A stretch of DNA of 64,000 nt from NCBI GenBank assembly GCA_963826065.1, contig CAWGVP010000002.1, positions 243,361 through 307,360 on the forward strand. Reading direction: 5' to 3'. Positions 26,513-35,097 of the stretch are shown piece by piece (the stretch's first letter is position 1; every line of letters starts with the position of its first letter). Source of the DNA: an uncultured Gemmatimonadales bacterium (GTDB lineage Bacteria; Gemmatimonadota; Gemmatimonadetes; Gemmatimonadales; GWC2-71-9). The position numbers and the translations under genes are program-made. The notes beneath the pieces are model-generated. The model was not told the origin of the DNA and did no database searches. It saw nothing but the letters and a program-made list of their open reading frames with translations.

Positions 26513-27508
26513 TTACGGCTGCGGAACCGCCGTGATCGTCAGAACCAGGTCGTTGAAGTCCGGCTCCGGCGGGGTGGCGTCTTCCCCGTCGTCGAACTCC
26601 AGAGTCCACTCCGGGTACGCGCCGGTGACTCGGAGCGCTGGGGCCACCTCCTGTTTGAGCGATCCCGAGATCACCTCGGCGTTCAGCTCGGTGCCGGCCT
26701 CGTAGGCGTTGCCGCCGTTCAGCTCCCAGCTGAAGCCCACCTCGGGCTCGTAGCACCCGTCGGTGATCAGCACTTCCTCGAACGGCTGGGTGATCCGGAA
26801 GGTGTTGTTCCGCGCGGTGCACTCGCGGCTCTCCAGCGTCACGGTGACGACGGCATCGTCCTCGAGAGTCAGCACGCAGTCCACCCCGTCACAGGTCAGG
26901 CTGGCGGACGGCGAGACCGTGAAGGTGATGGTCTTGGTGCTGGTGAGCCCCTCATCATCGGTCACGGTCAGGCTGGCCTGGAACTCGGTCAGCTGGGTGA
27001 CGGCATAGCTGTGCGTCGGCGGATTCTGCTCGGCGCTGGTTTCACCATCGCCGAAGTCCCAGGCCCACGAGACGATCGTCCCCCCGTTCGAATCCTCGCT
27101 GTCGTCGATGAAGGTACAGTCGAGGGAGAAGCAGGTGATGGTGAAATCGGCCACCGGGGCGCCTGGCGCGGGCTCGGTGACGGTGACGCTCTTGGTGACC
27201 GTGCCCTCGTCGCCGTCGTTGTCGGTGACGGTCAGCGTCACCTGGAACTCGTCGGCCGTGACGTAGGTGTGCGACGGGTTGCTGTTGTTCGAGGTGCCCT
27301 CGTCCCCGAAGTCCCACGCGGAGGACGTCACCGTCCCGTCGCTGTCGCTCGACAGGTTGGTGAAGGTGCAGGCGAGGTCGGTGCACTCGTACGTGAAGTT
27401 CGCCGAGGGGGCCTCGTTCTCCCCGTCCGGGTCGTTCGAATCACCACAGCCGGCGGCGACAAGGCCGAGGACCAGCAGCCCCACGTTCTTCCAGCGCGTC
27501 GCGATCAT
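26513..27508 (-). CDS. lipoprotein with two PKD domains and an unassigned 4-Cys C-terminal domain
   Basis: Lipobox LVAAGCGD; PKD signatures WDFGDEGTS...HTY...TLTVTDNDG and WDFGDGETS...HSY...SLTVTDDEG; ATG 27508 preceded by GGAG. Confidence 0.8.
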   Translation of the reverse strand: MIATRWKNVGLLVLGLVAAGCGDSNDPDGENEAPSANFTYECTDLACTFTNLSSDSDGTVTSSAWDFGDEGTSNNSNPSHTYVTADEFQVTLTVTDNDGDEGTVTKSVTVTEPAPGAPVADFTITCFSLDCTFIDDSEDSNGGTIVSWAWDFGDGETSAEQNPPTHSYAVTQLTEFQASLTVTDDEGLTSTKTITFTVSPSASLTCDGVDCVLTLEDDAVVTVTLESRECTARNNTFRITQPFEEVLITDGCYEPEVGFSWELNGGNAYEAGTELNAEVISGSLKQEVAPALRVTGAYPEWTLEFDDGEDATPPEPDFNDLVLTITAVPQP

Positions 27509-27565
27509 AATCTCCTGCCAGGGTTGCGAGTGTCCCGCCGGCCTTCGGTCGTGCACCGGGGGTGT

Positions 27566-27591
27566 CCGCCGGGCCCGGAAGGGCCCGGCGG
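27566..27591 (-). terminator. perfect 11-bp GC hairpin, GGAA loop, after the upstream PKD gene
   Basis: CCGCCGGGCCC-GGAA-GGGCCCGGCGG, 30 nt after the stop at 27621; no U tract. Confidence 0.45.
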
Positions 27592-27620
27592 CGGGGTACT
27601 TCCCCAGGGGTGTTACGGAA

Positions 27621-28637
27621 TTACGGTGTGGCCTGAACAGTGAGGACCAGATCGTCGAAGTCCGGCTCCTCCGGATTGCTCACGTCCTCGCCGTCGTCGA
27701 AGTTGAGCGTCCAGAGCGGATACGCGCCATCCACCCGGATCGACGGCGGGCCGCGCTCGGGGTCGTTCGAGCCGGAGATCACCTGCACCTCGAGAAGGGT
27801 GCCGGCGGTGAAGGCGGCTCCGCCATTGATCTCGTAGACCGTGCCGATGTCCTCATTGCAGCCGTCCGCGAACACTTCCGCCTGAATCGGCTGCGTGATG
27901 AGCAGCTGATTGCCGTCGGCGGTGCAGTCCCTCGACGTCAGCGTGATGGTGACGACGGCATCCTCTTCGATCTCGAGGCTGCACGGGACGAACTCGCCCG
28001 GGCTGTCCTCGCAGACGGTGCCGGCCGGCGGAGCCACGGCGACGGTCTGGGTAACCGTGCCCGTAGCGCCGTCGTCGTCGGTGACGGTCAGCGTCACCTC
28101 GAACTCGGTGAGCTCGGTGACCCCGGCATAGGTGTGCACCGGGTCGGCCTCGGTCGAGGTCTCGGTGTCACCGAAGTCCCAGGCATAGCTCGCGATGGTG
28201 CCGTCGGTGTCGCTGCTCTGGTCGGTGAAGGTGCACTCTTCGGCGTTGCAGATGAAATCGAAGTCCGCGGTCGGAGCCACGTTCGGGGTGGTGGTGACCA
28301 CCACCTCGTTGGTGACGCTGCTGGTGGCACCCTCCGCGTCGGTCACGGTCAGCGTGACGTCGTAGGTGTTCGCGGCGCTGAAGGTGTGTACCGGGTTCTG
28401 TACGTCGGCCGTGCCATCGCCGCCGAAGTCCCAGCTCCACGACTCGATGGTGGCATCGCCGTCCGGATCGGTGCTGGTGTCAGTGAAGGTGCAGGCGAGC
28501 GCGTTGCAGTTGACCGTGAAGGCCGCGACGGGATCCTCGTTCCCATTGCCACCACCACCGTTGCCGTCGTCGCCGCAAGCGGCGGTCACGACCAGGAGCG
28601 CCGCCGTGTAACACAGATTTCGATGGAACGATCGCAT
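27621..28637 (-). CDS. lipoprotein with two PKD domains and the same 4-Cys C-terminal domain (paralog of 26513..27508)
   Basis: Lipobox VVTAACGDD; WDFGGDGT...HTF...TLTVTDAEG; WDFGDTET...HTY...TLTVTDDDG; C-terminal ...GAYPLWTLNFDDGEDVSNPEEPDFDDLVLTV aligns with the neighbour. Confidence 0.8.
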   Translation of the reverse strand: MRSFHRNLCYTAALLVVTAACGDDGNGGGGNGNEDPVAAFTVNCNALACTFTDTSTDPDGDATIESWSWDFGGDGTADVQNPVHTFSAANTYDVTLTVTDAEGATSSVTNEVVVTTTPNVAPTADFDFICNAEECTFTDQSSDTDGTIASYAWDFGDTETSTEADPVHTYAGVTELTEFEVTLTVTDDDGATGTVTQTVAVAPPAGTVCEDSPGEFVPCSLEIEEDAVVTITLTSRDCTADGNQLLITQPIQAEVFADGCNEDIGTVYEINGGAAFTAGTLLEVQVISGSNDPERGPPSIRVDGAYPLWTLNFDDGEDVSNPEEPDFDDLVLTVQATP

Positions 28638-28897
28638 AGTGGTGATCCAGCCTCGTTTGAGAGTCAGGGTGTTAGGCGCGGCCGTGGGACCGCTCCGGGG
28701 CGTCGCAGGCGCGAGAGACGTGCCACCTGGAAATCGTCAACTACTCAAACACTGCTGATTTTTGCAATGACCTGCGTCACAATGTCATAGCGACTGTGTG
28801 TGACGAGAACAGTAACATGTGCGAGCGCCCCACAACTGTGGCGGGTCGACCATACTCCTGACCGGGTCGTCGTCGCCTGCCCCACCGGTGCCGCCGG

Positions 28898-28927
28898 TTG
28901 ACGTAAGCCTGTGGTGGCGGCTAGGTT
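28898..28927 (+). promoter_or_regulatory. candidate sigma70-type promoter for prs (TTGACG-18 nt-TAGGTT)
   Basis: Seen in the AT-richer spacer; would exclude the GTG 28911 start. Confidence 0.3.
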
Positions 28928-28940
28928 TGCGGGCTCGAAT

Positions 28941-29894
28941 ATGACGGACCTGTCGCTGTCGCGCAGCCAGATGCTGCTCCTGAGCGGGTCGGCCAACCGG
29001 CCCCTAGCCGAAGAGGTGGCCGCTCATTTGGGGCAGCCTCTGTGCCAGGTCACGCTCCGGCGGTTTGCCGACGGCGAGCTGTTCGTGAAGATCGACGAGA
29101 ACGTGCGGGGGCGGGACGTCTACATCATCCAGCCTACCAACCCGCCCGCGGAGAACATGATGGAGCTCCTGCTCCTCATGGACGCCGCCAAGCGGGCCAG
29201 TGCGGCCAGGGTCACTGCGGTCATGCCGTACTTCGGCTATGCCCGCCAGGACCGCAAGGATCAGCCCCGCGTGGCCATCAGCGCCAAGCTGATGGCCAAC
29301 ATGGTGTCCATGGCGGGGGCCGACCGGGTGCTGGCAATGGATTTTCACCAGCACCAGCTGCAGGGCTTCTTCGATCTCCCGGTGGACCACCTGTACGCCG
29401 CGCCGGTGCTGGTGAGCCACTTCCGGCAGAAGGCGCTGCGCGACCTGGTGATCGTGGCGCCCGACGTCGGCTCGGCCAAGATGGCGCGCGGCTTCGCCAA
29501 GCGGCTCAACGCCTCGCTGGCCATCATCGACAAGCGCCGGCCCTCCGCCAACGTGGCGGAAGTGCTGAACGTGGTGGGCGAGGTCCGGGGCAAGGACTGC
29601 CTCATCCCGGACGACATGATCGACACCGCGGGGACCATGGCGGAAGCGGTGACCGCGCTGAAGCGGCTGGGCGCGGAGGACGTGTATTGCTGCGCCACCC
29701 ACGCCCTGCTCTCCGGGCCCGCGGTGGACCGGCTGATGGCCTCCCCGGTGAAGGAGGTGGCGGTGACCAACACCATCGCCATCCCCAAGGAGCGGAGGTT
29801 CGACCGGCTGAAGGTGCTCTCGATCGCCGGCCTGCTCTCCAAGGCGATCGGCTATACCCACAGCGACCAGTCGGTCAGCTCGCTGTTCGACTGA
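28941..29894 (+). CDS. prs: ribose-phosphate pyrophosphokinase
   Basis: LLLSGSANRPLAEEVA...RFADGELFVKIDENVRGRDVYIIQPT...DDMIDTAGT; start 28941 or 28971. Confidence 0.9.
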   Translation: MTDLSLSRSQMLLLSGSANRPLAEEVAAHLGQPLCQVTLRRFADGELFVKIDENVRGRDVYIIQPTNPPAENMMELLLLMDAAKRASAARVTAVMPYFGYARQDRKDQPRVAISAKLMANMVSMAGADRVLAMDFHQHQLQGFFDLPVDHLYAAPVLVSHFRQKALRDLVIVAPDVGSAKMARGFAKRLNASLAIIDKRRPSANVAEVLNVVGEVRGKDCLIPDDMIDTAGTMAEAVTALKRLGAEDVYCCATHALLSGPAVDRLMASPVKEVAVTNTIAIPKERRFDRLKVLSIAGLLSKAIGYTHSDQSVSSLFD

Positions 29895-29930
29895 TTAGTT
29901 ACCGAAGGCATTCAACGGGAGTTCCGATTT

Positions 29931-30605
29931 ATGGCCCAGCAAGCGAACCTCCACGCCGCCACCCGCGGCGAGACCGGCAAGGGTGCGGCCCGCAGCCTAC
30001 GCCGCGAGGGCAAGGTCCCGGGCGTGATCTACGGGCACGATCGCGCCCCCGAGGCACTCGTCGTGGAGACCGCGGCACTCAACAAGATGCTCATCGGCAT
30101 CAGCGCCGGGACCACCATCGTGGACGTCGCCATCGACGACCGCGCGCCGGTGAAGGCGCTGATCCGCGAGATCCAGCGTGACGCGCTCCGGCCCGCCCAG
30201 ATCCTTCACCTGGACCTCTACGAAGTCCGGGCCGACGAGAAGATCACCCTCGAGGTTCCGGTCCATCTGGTGGGCATCCCCGACGGCGTCCGCAACTTCG
30301 CCGGCGTGCTCGACCACTCGCTCCGCGACCTGGAGATCGAGGTGCTGCCCGCTGACATCCCCGAGCGCGTCGAGCTCGACGTCACCGCGCTCACCATCGG
30401 GCACTCGCTCTTCGTGCGCGACGTCACCATCCCGAAGGCGCGCATCCTCAACGATCCCGACACGCCGATCTGCACCGTCGTGGCCCCGCGGACGGAGGAG
30501 GCCCCGGCGCCCGTCGAGGAGACGGTCACCGCCGAGCCCGAGCTCATCCGGAAGCCGAAGCCCGAGGAGGGTGAGGACGAGGGCGAGACCAAGCCGAAAG
30601 CCTGA
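29931..30605 (+). CDS. rplY: 50S ribosomal protein L25 / general stress protein Ctc
   Basis: RGETGKGAARSLRREGKVPGVIYG..., acidic C-terminal tail. Confidence 0.9.
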   Translation: MAQQANLHAATRGETGKGAARSLRREGKVPGVIYGHDRAPEALVVETAALNKMLIGISAGTTIVDVAIDDRAPVKALIREIQRDALRPAQILHLDLYEVRADEKITLEVPVHLVGIPDGVRNFAGVLDHSLRDLEIEVLPADIPERVELDVTALTIGHSLFVRDVTIPKARILNDPDTPICTVVAPRTEEAPAPVEETVTAEPELIRKPKPEEGEDEGETKPKA

Positions 30606-30620
30606 CCGCTGCACACCATC

Positions 30621-31178
30621 GTGGGGCTGGGGAATCCCGGCCCGGAGTACCTCGAGACCCGGCACAACGCCGGGTTTCGCCTCGCGGACCACCTGGCAGC
30701 GCGCTGGCGGCTCGCCTCGTGGCGTCGCGCCGACCGCGCCCGGTCGGCCGAAGGCACCTGGAACGGACACCCGGTCCGTGTCCTGAAGCCGCTGACCTAC
30801 ATGAACCGAAGCGGTGCCGCCATCGCGCCGCTGCTCGACCTCCCCGAGTTCGATCCCAGCCGCGACCTGCTGATCCTGTCGGATGAAGTCGCCCTCCCTC
30901 TCGGCCGCTTTCGGCTTCGCGGTGCGGGCTCCGCCGGCGGCCACAACGGGCTCAAGAGCGTGGAAGGGGTCCTGCGCCGCCAGGACTATGCTCGCCTTCG
31001 GATAGGCGTCGGCCCGGTGCCCGAGGGCCTCGACGGACTCAGCGACTACGTACTCGATACCTTCCCCGCCGAGGATCGCAGGATTCTCGACGAGCTGCTC
31101 GACCCCATGGCGGAAGCGGTAGAGACCTGGATCGACGAGGGCATCGAGCAGGCCATGTCCAGACACAATCGAAGCTGA
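30621..31178 (+). CDS. pth: peptidyl-tRNA hydrolase
   Basis: (V)GLGNPGPEYLETRHNAGF...MNRSG...GHNGLKS; GTG start, in-frame stop 18 nt upstream. Confidence 0.9.
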   Translation: MGLGNPGPEYLETRHNAGFRLADHLAARWRLASWRRADRARSAEGTWNGHPVRVLKPLTYMNRSGAAIAPLLDLPEFDPSRDLLILSDEVALPLGRFRLRGAGSAGGHNGLKSVEGVLRRQDYARLRIGVGPVPEGLDGLSDYVLDTFPAEDRRILDELLDPMAEAVETWIDEGIEQAMSRHNRS

Positions 31179-32275
31179 TGCTCAGACTCGGGATCGTCGG
31201 ACTCCCCAACGTCGGGAAGAGCACCCTCTTCAACGCGCTCACCTCCGCGGGGGCGCTGGTGGCGAACTATCCCTTCGCGACCATCGAGCCCAACACCGGC
31301 ATCGTGCAGGTCCCCGACCCGCGGCTCGACGCGCTCGCGAGGATCGTCTCGCCCGAGCGCACGGTGCCGGCGGTGGTGGAGTTCGTGGATATCGCCGGCC
31401 TGGTGAAGGGTGCCAGCGAGGGCGAGGGCCTCGGCAACCAGTTCCTGGCCAACATCCGCGAGGTGGACGCGATCGTCCACGTGGTGCGCTGTTTCGAGGA
31501 CCCCGACGTGCAGCACGTGGCCGGCGCGGTGGACCCCGTCCGCGACCGGGAGATCATCAACATCGAGCTGGGCCTCGCCGACCTGGCCACCGTCGAGAAG
31601 CGGCTGGACAAGACCGCGCGAACCGCGCGCTCGGGCGACCCCCAGGCCAAGCTGGAGCAGCGGCTCCTGGAACGGGTGCGGGATGCCCTCGCGGCCGGGA
31701 GGCCCGCCCGCTCGGTGACGCCCACGGACGAGGAGGCGGCCGCCTACCGGACCTTCAACCTCCTGACCGCCAAGCCGGTGCTCTACGCCGCGAACGTCGG
31801 CGAGAACGAGATCGCGGCCGGCAATCGCTTCGTCGATGAGCTCCGGACCGCGGTCGAGCGCGACGGGGAGAGCGCCGAGGTGGTCACTTTCTCCGCCAAG
31901 GTCGAGGCCGAGCTGGCCGAGCTCGCCCCGGAGGACCGGAAGGACTTCCTCGACTCGCTGGGCATCAGCGAGTCGGGTCTCGACCGCCTGGCGCACGCCG
32001 CGTATCACCTGCTGGGCCTCCAGAGCTACTTCACGGCCGGCGAGAAAGAGGTGCGGGCCTGGACCATCCATCGCGGGGACAAGGCGCCGGCCGCCGCCGG
32101 CGTGATCCACTCCGATTTCGAGAAGGGGTTCATCCGGGCGGAGACGGTGGCCTACGACGACTTCGTGCGCGTGGGCGGGTGGAAGCCGGCGCGCGAGCAA
32201 GGGCTCTCGCGGGCCGAGGGCAAGGAGTACGTGGTACAGGATGGGGACGTGCTGCTGTTCAGGTTCAGTTCTTGA
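31178..32275 (+). CDS. ychF: redox-regulated ATPase YchF
   Basis: LGIVGLPNVGKSTLFNALT...VEFVDIAGLVKGAS.GEGLGNQFL; TGATG junction with pth. Confidence 0.95.
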   Translation: MLRLGIVGLPNVGKSTLFNALTSAGALVANYPFATIEPNTGIVQVPDPRLDALARIVSPERTVPAVVEFVDIAGLVKGASEGEGLGNQFLANIREVDAIVHVVRCFEDPDVQHVAGAVDPVRDREIINIELGLADLATVEKRLDKTARTARSGDPQAKLEQRLLERVRDALAAGRPARSVTPTDEEAAAYRTFNLLTAKPVLYAANVGENEIAAGNRFVDELRTAVERDGESAEVVTFSAKVEAELAELAPEDRKDFLDSLGISESGLDRLAHAAYHLLGLQSYFTAGEKEVRAWTIHRGDKAPAAAGVIHSDFEKGFIRAETVAYDDFVRVGGWKPAREQGLSRAEGKEYVVQDGDVLLFRFSS

Positions 32276-32294
32276 GGCGCAGCGCGTCGTTCTT

Positions 32295-32318
32295 GTCATC
32301 CTGAGCGAAGCGAAGGAG
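32295..32318. repeat. solo arm of REP-like element GTCATCCTGAGCGAAGCGAAGGAG
   Basis: Same sequence as the hairpin arms at 40525, 45657 and 62429; no partner arm seen; 20 nt after ychF stop. Confidence 0.7.
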
Positions 32319-32379
32319 ACCATCTGGGATCCATCGGCAACGTTCGGCTGTTAATCCCACCGGCAGCTCCGTTTCCATC

Positions 32380-33066
32380 TTGAGCCTGGATTCCAACGTG
32401 ATCCGATCCGCGATCCCCGCCGCCCGCCTTGTCTCGATCCAGACCGGCACCCCCCGCACCGTCGGGGATCCCGGCGCCACGGACCGGATGGAGCGCCGGT
32501 TCACCAGCGCCATCTGGAAGTCGCCGGTACCCGGCCCCGTCCCGCTGGGCACGCTGGGCCTCGCCGGCGATGCCGTCGCCAACACGAAGGTGCACGGCGG
32601 ACCGGAGCAAGCCGTGCTGATGTATGCTCTGTCCCACTACCCTGCATGGCAGCGGGAGCTGGGCCGGCCGCTCGAGCCCGGGGCGTTCGGCGAGAACCTC
32701 AGCGTGGACCAGCTCACGGAGGACACGGTCTGCATTGGCGATGTCTTCGAGATCGGAGACGCGCGGCTTCAGGTTTCCCAGCCGCGCCAGCCCTGCGCCA
32801 CGCTGGCCCGCCGGCACCAGATGCCGGACATGATCGCCCTCGTCCTCCGCAACGGTCGCAGCGGCTGGTATCTCCGGGTGCTGCGCGAGGGATCCCTGGA
32901 GGCGGGCCAGGAGGTTCGACTGGCCGATCGGCCCCATCCCGAGTGGAACGTCCGTCGGGCGGCCCGGGCGATGGTGACTCGGGCCCATGACCGGAGGGAG
33001 GCGGCCGCCCTCGCCGCCTGCCCCGCCCTCTCGCCCGGCTGGCGTGCGACGCTGGCAAAGGGCTGA
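32380..33066 (+). CDS. MOSC domain-containing protein (YiiM-like)
   Basis: LGLAGDAVANTKVHGGPEQAVLMY...FGENLSV...IGDARLQVSQPRQPC; TTG start uncertain. Confidence 0.8.
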   Translation: MSLDSNVIRSAIPAARLVSIQTGTPRTVGDPGATDRMERRFTSAIWKSPVPGPVPLGTLGLAGDAVANTKVHGGPEQAVLMYALSHYPAWQRELGRPLEPGAFGENLSVDQLTEDTVCIGDVFEIGDARLQVSQPRQPCATLARRHQMPDMIALVLRNGRSGWYLRVLREGSLEAGQEVRLADRPHPEWNVRRAARAMVTRAHDRREAAALAACPALSPGWRATLAKG

Positions 33067-33081
33067 GAGGGCGGCTATACT
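33053..33081 (+). promoter_or_regulatory. candidate promoter of rpsF operon (TGGCAA-17 nt-TATACT)
   Basis: Seen directly, about 70 nt before rpsF ATG; overlaps the end of the MOSC gene. Confidence 0.4.
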
Positions 33082-33151
33082 ACCCGCCTCACAACCATCC
33101 TCCCCGGCGCCCACACCAGGCCCGGGGCGACTCAGACCGAAGGAAGGTGTC

Positions 33152-33493
33152 ATGACCCGTCAGTACGAGGTCGTCTATATCTTCGATAGTGCGCTCGAAG
33201 AGACGGCCATCAACGAGCGCCTCGAGCGCTTCAACTCCCTCATCCAGCAGCAGGGCGCCGAAGCCCCCCAGATCAGTCACTGGGGCAAGCGCACGCTCGC
33301 CTATCCCATCAAGAAGCACGAAACGGGCTACTACGTCGTCGCCAAGTTCGACGCCGCCGCCACGGCGCTGCCCGAGTTCGAGCGCGCGATCAAGCTCGAC
33401 GAGGGCGTGCTCCGCTTCCTGGTCGTGGTGAACGAGGGGGCCCAGCCGGTGCCGGTCACTGCGGGCAAGAGCGACGAGGAGGACGACGAATGA
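33152..33493 (+). CDS. rpsF: 30S ribosomal protein S6
   Basis: [12 protein letters not shown]...[12 protein letters not shown]...GYYVV; AGGAAGG before ATG 33152; acidic tail. Confidence 0.95.
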   Translation: MTRQYEVVYIFDSALEETAINERLERFNSLIQQQGAEAPQISHWGKRTLAYPIKKHETGYYVVAKFDAAATALPEFERAIKLDEGVLRFLVVVNEGAQPVPVTAGKSDEEDDE

Positions 33494-33711
33494 GGCGGCC
33501 CCAGAAGACCTGCGCCATCTGCGAGTCGGGCGTGCGGGTGGTGGACTACAAGGACGAGCGCACCTTGTCCCGATTTCTCACCGAGCGCGGGAAGATCCTT
33601 CCCAGCCGCCTTTCGGGCACCTGCGCCCGGCATCAGCGGCAGCTGAGCACCGCGATCAAGCGCGCGCGGCAGCTGGCGCTGCTCCCCTATATCAAGGGAT
33701 TCACCGGCTGA
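33490..33711 (+). CDS. rpsR: 30S ribosomal protein S18
   Basis: [50 protein letters not shown]; ATGA overlap with rpsF. Confidence 0.95.
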   Translation: MRRPQKTCAICESGVRVVDYKDERTLSRFLTERGKILPSRLSGTCARHQRQLSTAIKRARQLALLPYIKGFTG

Positions 33712-33761
33712 GCCCCTCGGGCCGGTCGGCCGAACCGGCAGGTGGGCGTTGGGGCCAGGTC

Positions 33762-34644
33762 TTGGCGCTGGCCGGGTTCCTCCTGCTCGCCCCGCCGATG
33801 TTTCTGTTCGGCCCTCTCGCCGGACTCTTGATCGTGTCCCGCCCGGCCACGGTTCGGGAATGGGCCTGGCTGCTCGGGGCGCTGGCGTGGTCGGCCCTGT
33901 GGGTCCTGCAAGCCGGTGGGCTCGGCGCCCAGTTCGCTCGGGCGGCGGCGGTGCTGGTCTCCGGCAGCTTCCTGGCCCTGACCCTGTGGCGGCCGTCGAA
34001 CCGGGTGTCCCAGGCCCTGGCCGCCACCGGCGGTGCCGCGGTCGCGCTCGGGATCTGGATGTACGGCCTGGGACTCGCAGTGGCAGGCCCTCCAGCTTGC
34101 GGTCGAGGAGGAACTCACTGCCCTCCAGAGCGGAATGCGCGGTCCTTGGTCGGAATTGACGGGATCGTCCGAAATGTCCGCCCAGATGTCCGCGATGGCG
34201 GACACGGTGTCCCTCCTGTACCCCGCCCTCCTCGCGCTGGCGGCGATCGCAGGACTGCGGTTGGCGTGGGCCTGGTATCACCGGATCGCCGACCGGCCGG
34301 TCGGCTCTCCCCCGGCGCCGTTCTCCGCCTTCGGGTTCAGCGATCAGCTGATCTGGGGCTGGGTCCTCGGGCTGGCGATGGCGCTGCTGCCGGAGCCCGA
34401 GCCGGTCCGGGTGATCGGCGCGAACATCCTGCTGGTCTGGAGCGCGCTGTACGCCACCCGAGGGATCGCGGTGTTCGTCGCCGGTGCCCGGCGGACCCCG
34501 GCATCGGTCCTGACCGCGCTGGCGCTGGTCACCGTTATTCTGCTCCCGTTCGTCCTGTGTGGGCTGACCTTGGTCGGCCTGGCGGACACATGGCTAGATT
34601 TCCGGCGTCGGCTGACGCCGTCCACCGGAGGGTACGACCGATGA
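33762..34644 (+). pseudogene. DUF2232 (YybS-like) polytopic membrane protein, frame broken once (+1 shift about 34060-34085), possibly a sequence error
   Basis: N-terminal TM segments in frame of 33762; remainder (SQWQALQLAVEEEL...LLYPALLALAAIAGL...GANILLVWSALYATRGIAVF...) in frame of ORF 34033..34644, ending in ATGA overlap with rplI. Combined length about 294 aa, and position between rpsR and rplI matches YybS of Firmicutes. Confidence 0.55.
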
Positions 34645-35087
34645 TCGAAGTGATTCTGCGGGAAGACATCAAGACCCTCGGCAAGGCCGGGGAGATGGTG
34701 CGGGTGAAGCCGGGCTACGCCCGCAACTACCTGCTTCCCCACGGACTGGCGTTCGAGGCGACGGAGGGAAACAAGAAGCGGATAGCGGCTGAGACCAGGG
34801 CCCGGGGCGTCCGGGATGCCGCCGAGAAGGCCGAGGCGGAGAAGGCTGCGGCCAAGCTCTCCGCCGTCACCCTCACCATCGGCGGCAAGGCCGGCGAGGA
34901 GGGCAAGCTCTTCGGGTCGGTGACCGCGCAGGACGTCGCCGACGCCCTGGGACGCGCCGGCCACTCGGTCGACCGCCGGCGCATCGAGCTGGACCATCCG
35001 ATCAAGACGCTGGGCGACCATGTGGTGCGCGTCCGGCTGCATTCCGAGGTTCACGCGGAGGTGCGCGTCTCGGTCGTCGCGGAGTGA
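34641..35087 (+). CDS. rplI: 50S ribosomal protein L9
   Basis: MIEVILREDIKTLGKAGEMVRVKPGYARNYLLPHGLA. Confidence 0.95.
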   Translation: MIEVILREDIKTLGKAGEMVRVKPGYARNYLLPHGLAFEATEGNKKRIAAETRARGVRDAAEKAEAEKAAAKLSAVTLTIGGKAGEEGKLFGSVTAQDVADALGRAGHSVDRRRIELDHPIKTLGDHVVRVRLHSEVHAEVRVSVVAE

Positions 35088-35097
35088 TTCCGCGCGC

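Noticed and set aside
26513-28637. Internal DNA repetition suggesting a repeat array or mobile element.
   Set aside because: The periodicity comes from PKD domain repeats and a gene duplication, all in one consistent reading frame with lipoprotein signals.
19379-28640. Classical tRNA-linked genomic island or prophage remnant.
   Set aside because: I saw no integrase, recombinase or transposase. I also saw no direct repeat of the tRNA-Gln 3' end downstream. I kept only a low-interest note that the region looks accessory.
28638-28900. The AT-richer spacer between the PKD gene and prs as a possible ncRNA gene.
   Set aside because: I found only weak inverted repeats (GTCACA...TGTGAC) and promoter-like hexamers, and no convincing structured RNA. 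It is most simply a divergent promoter region.
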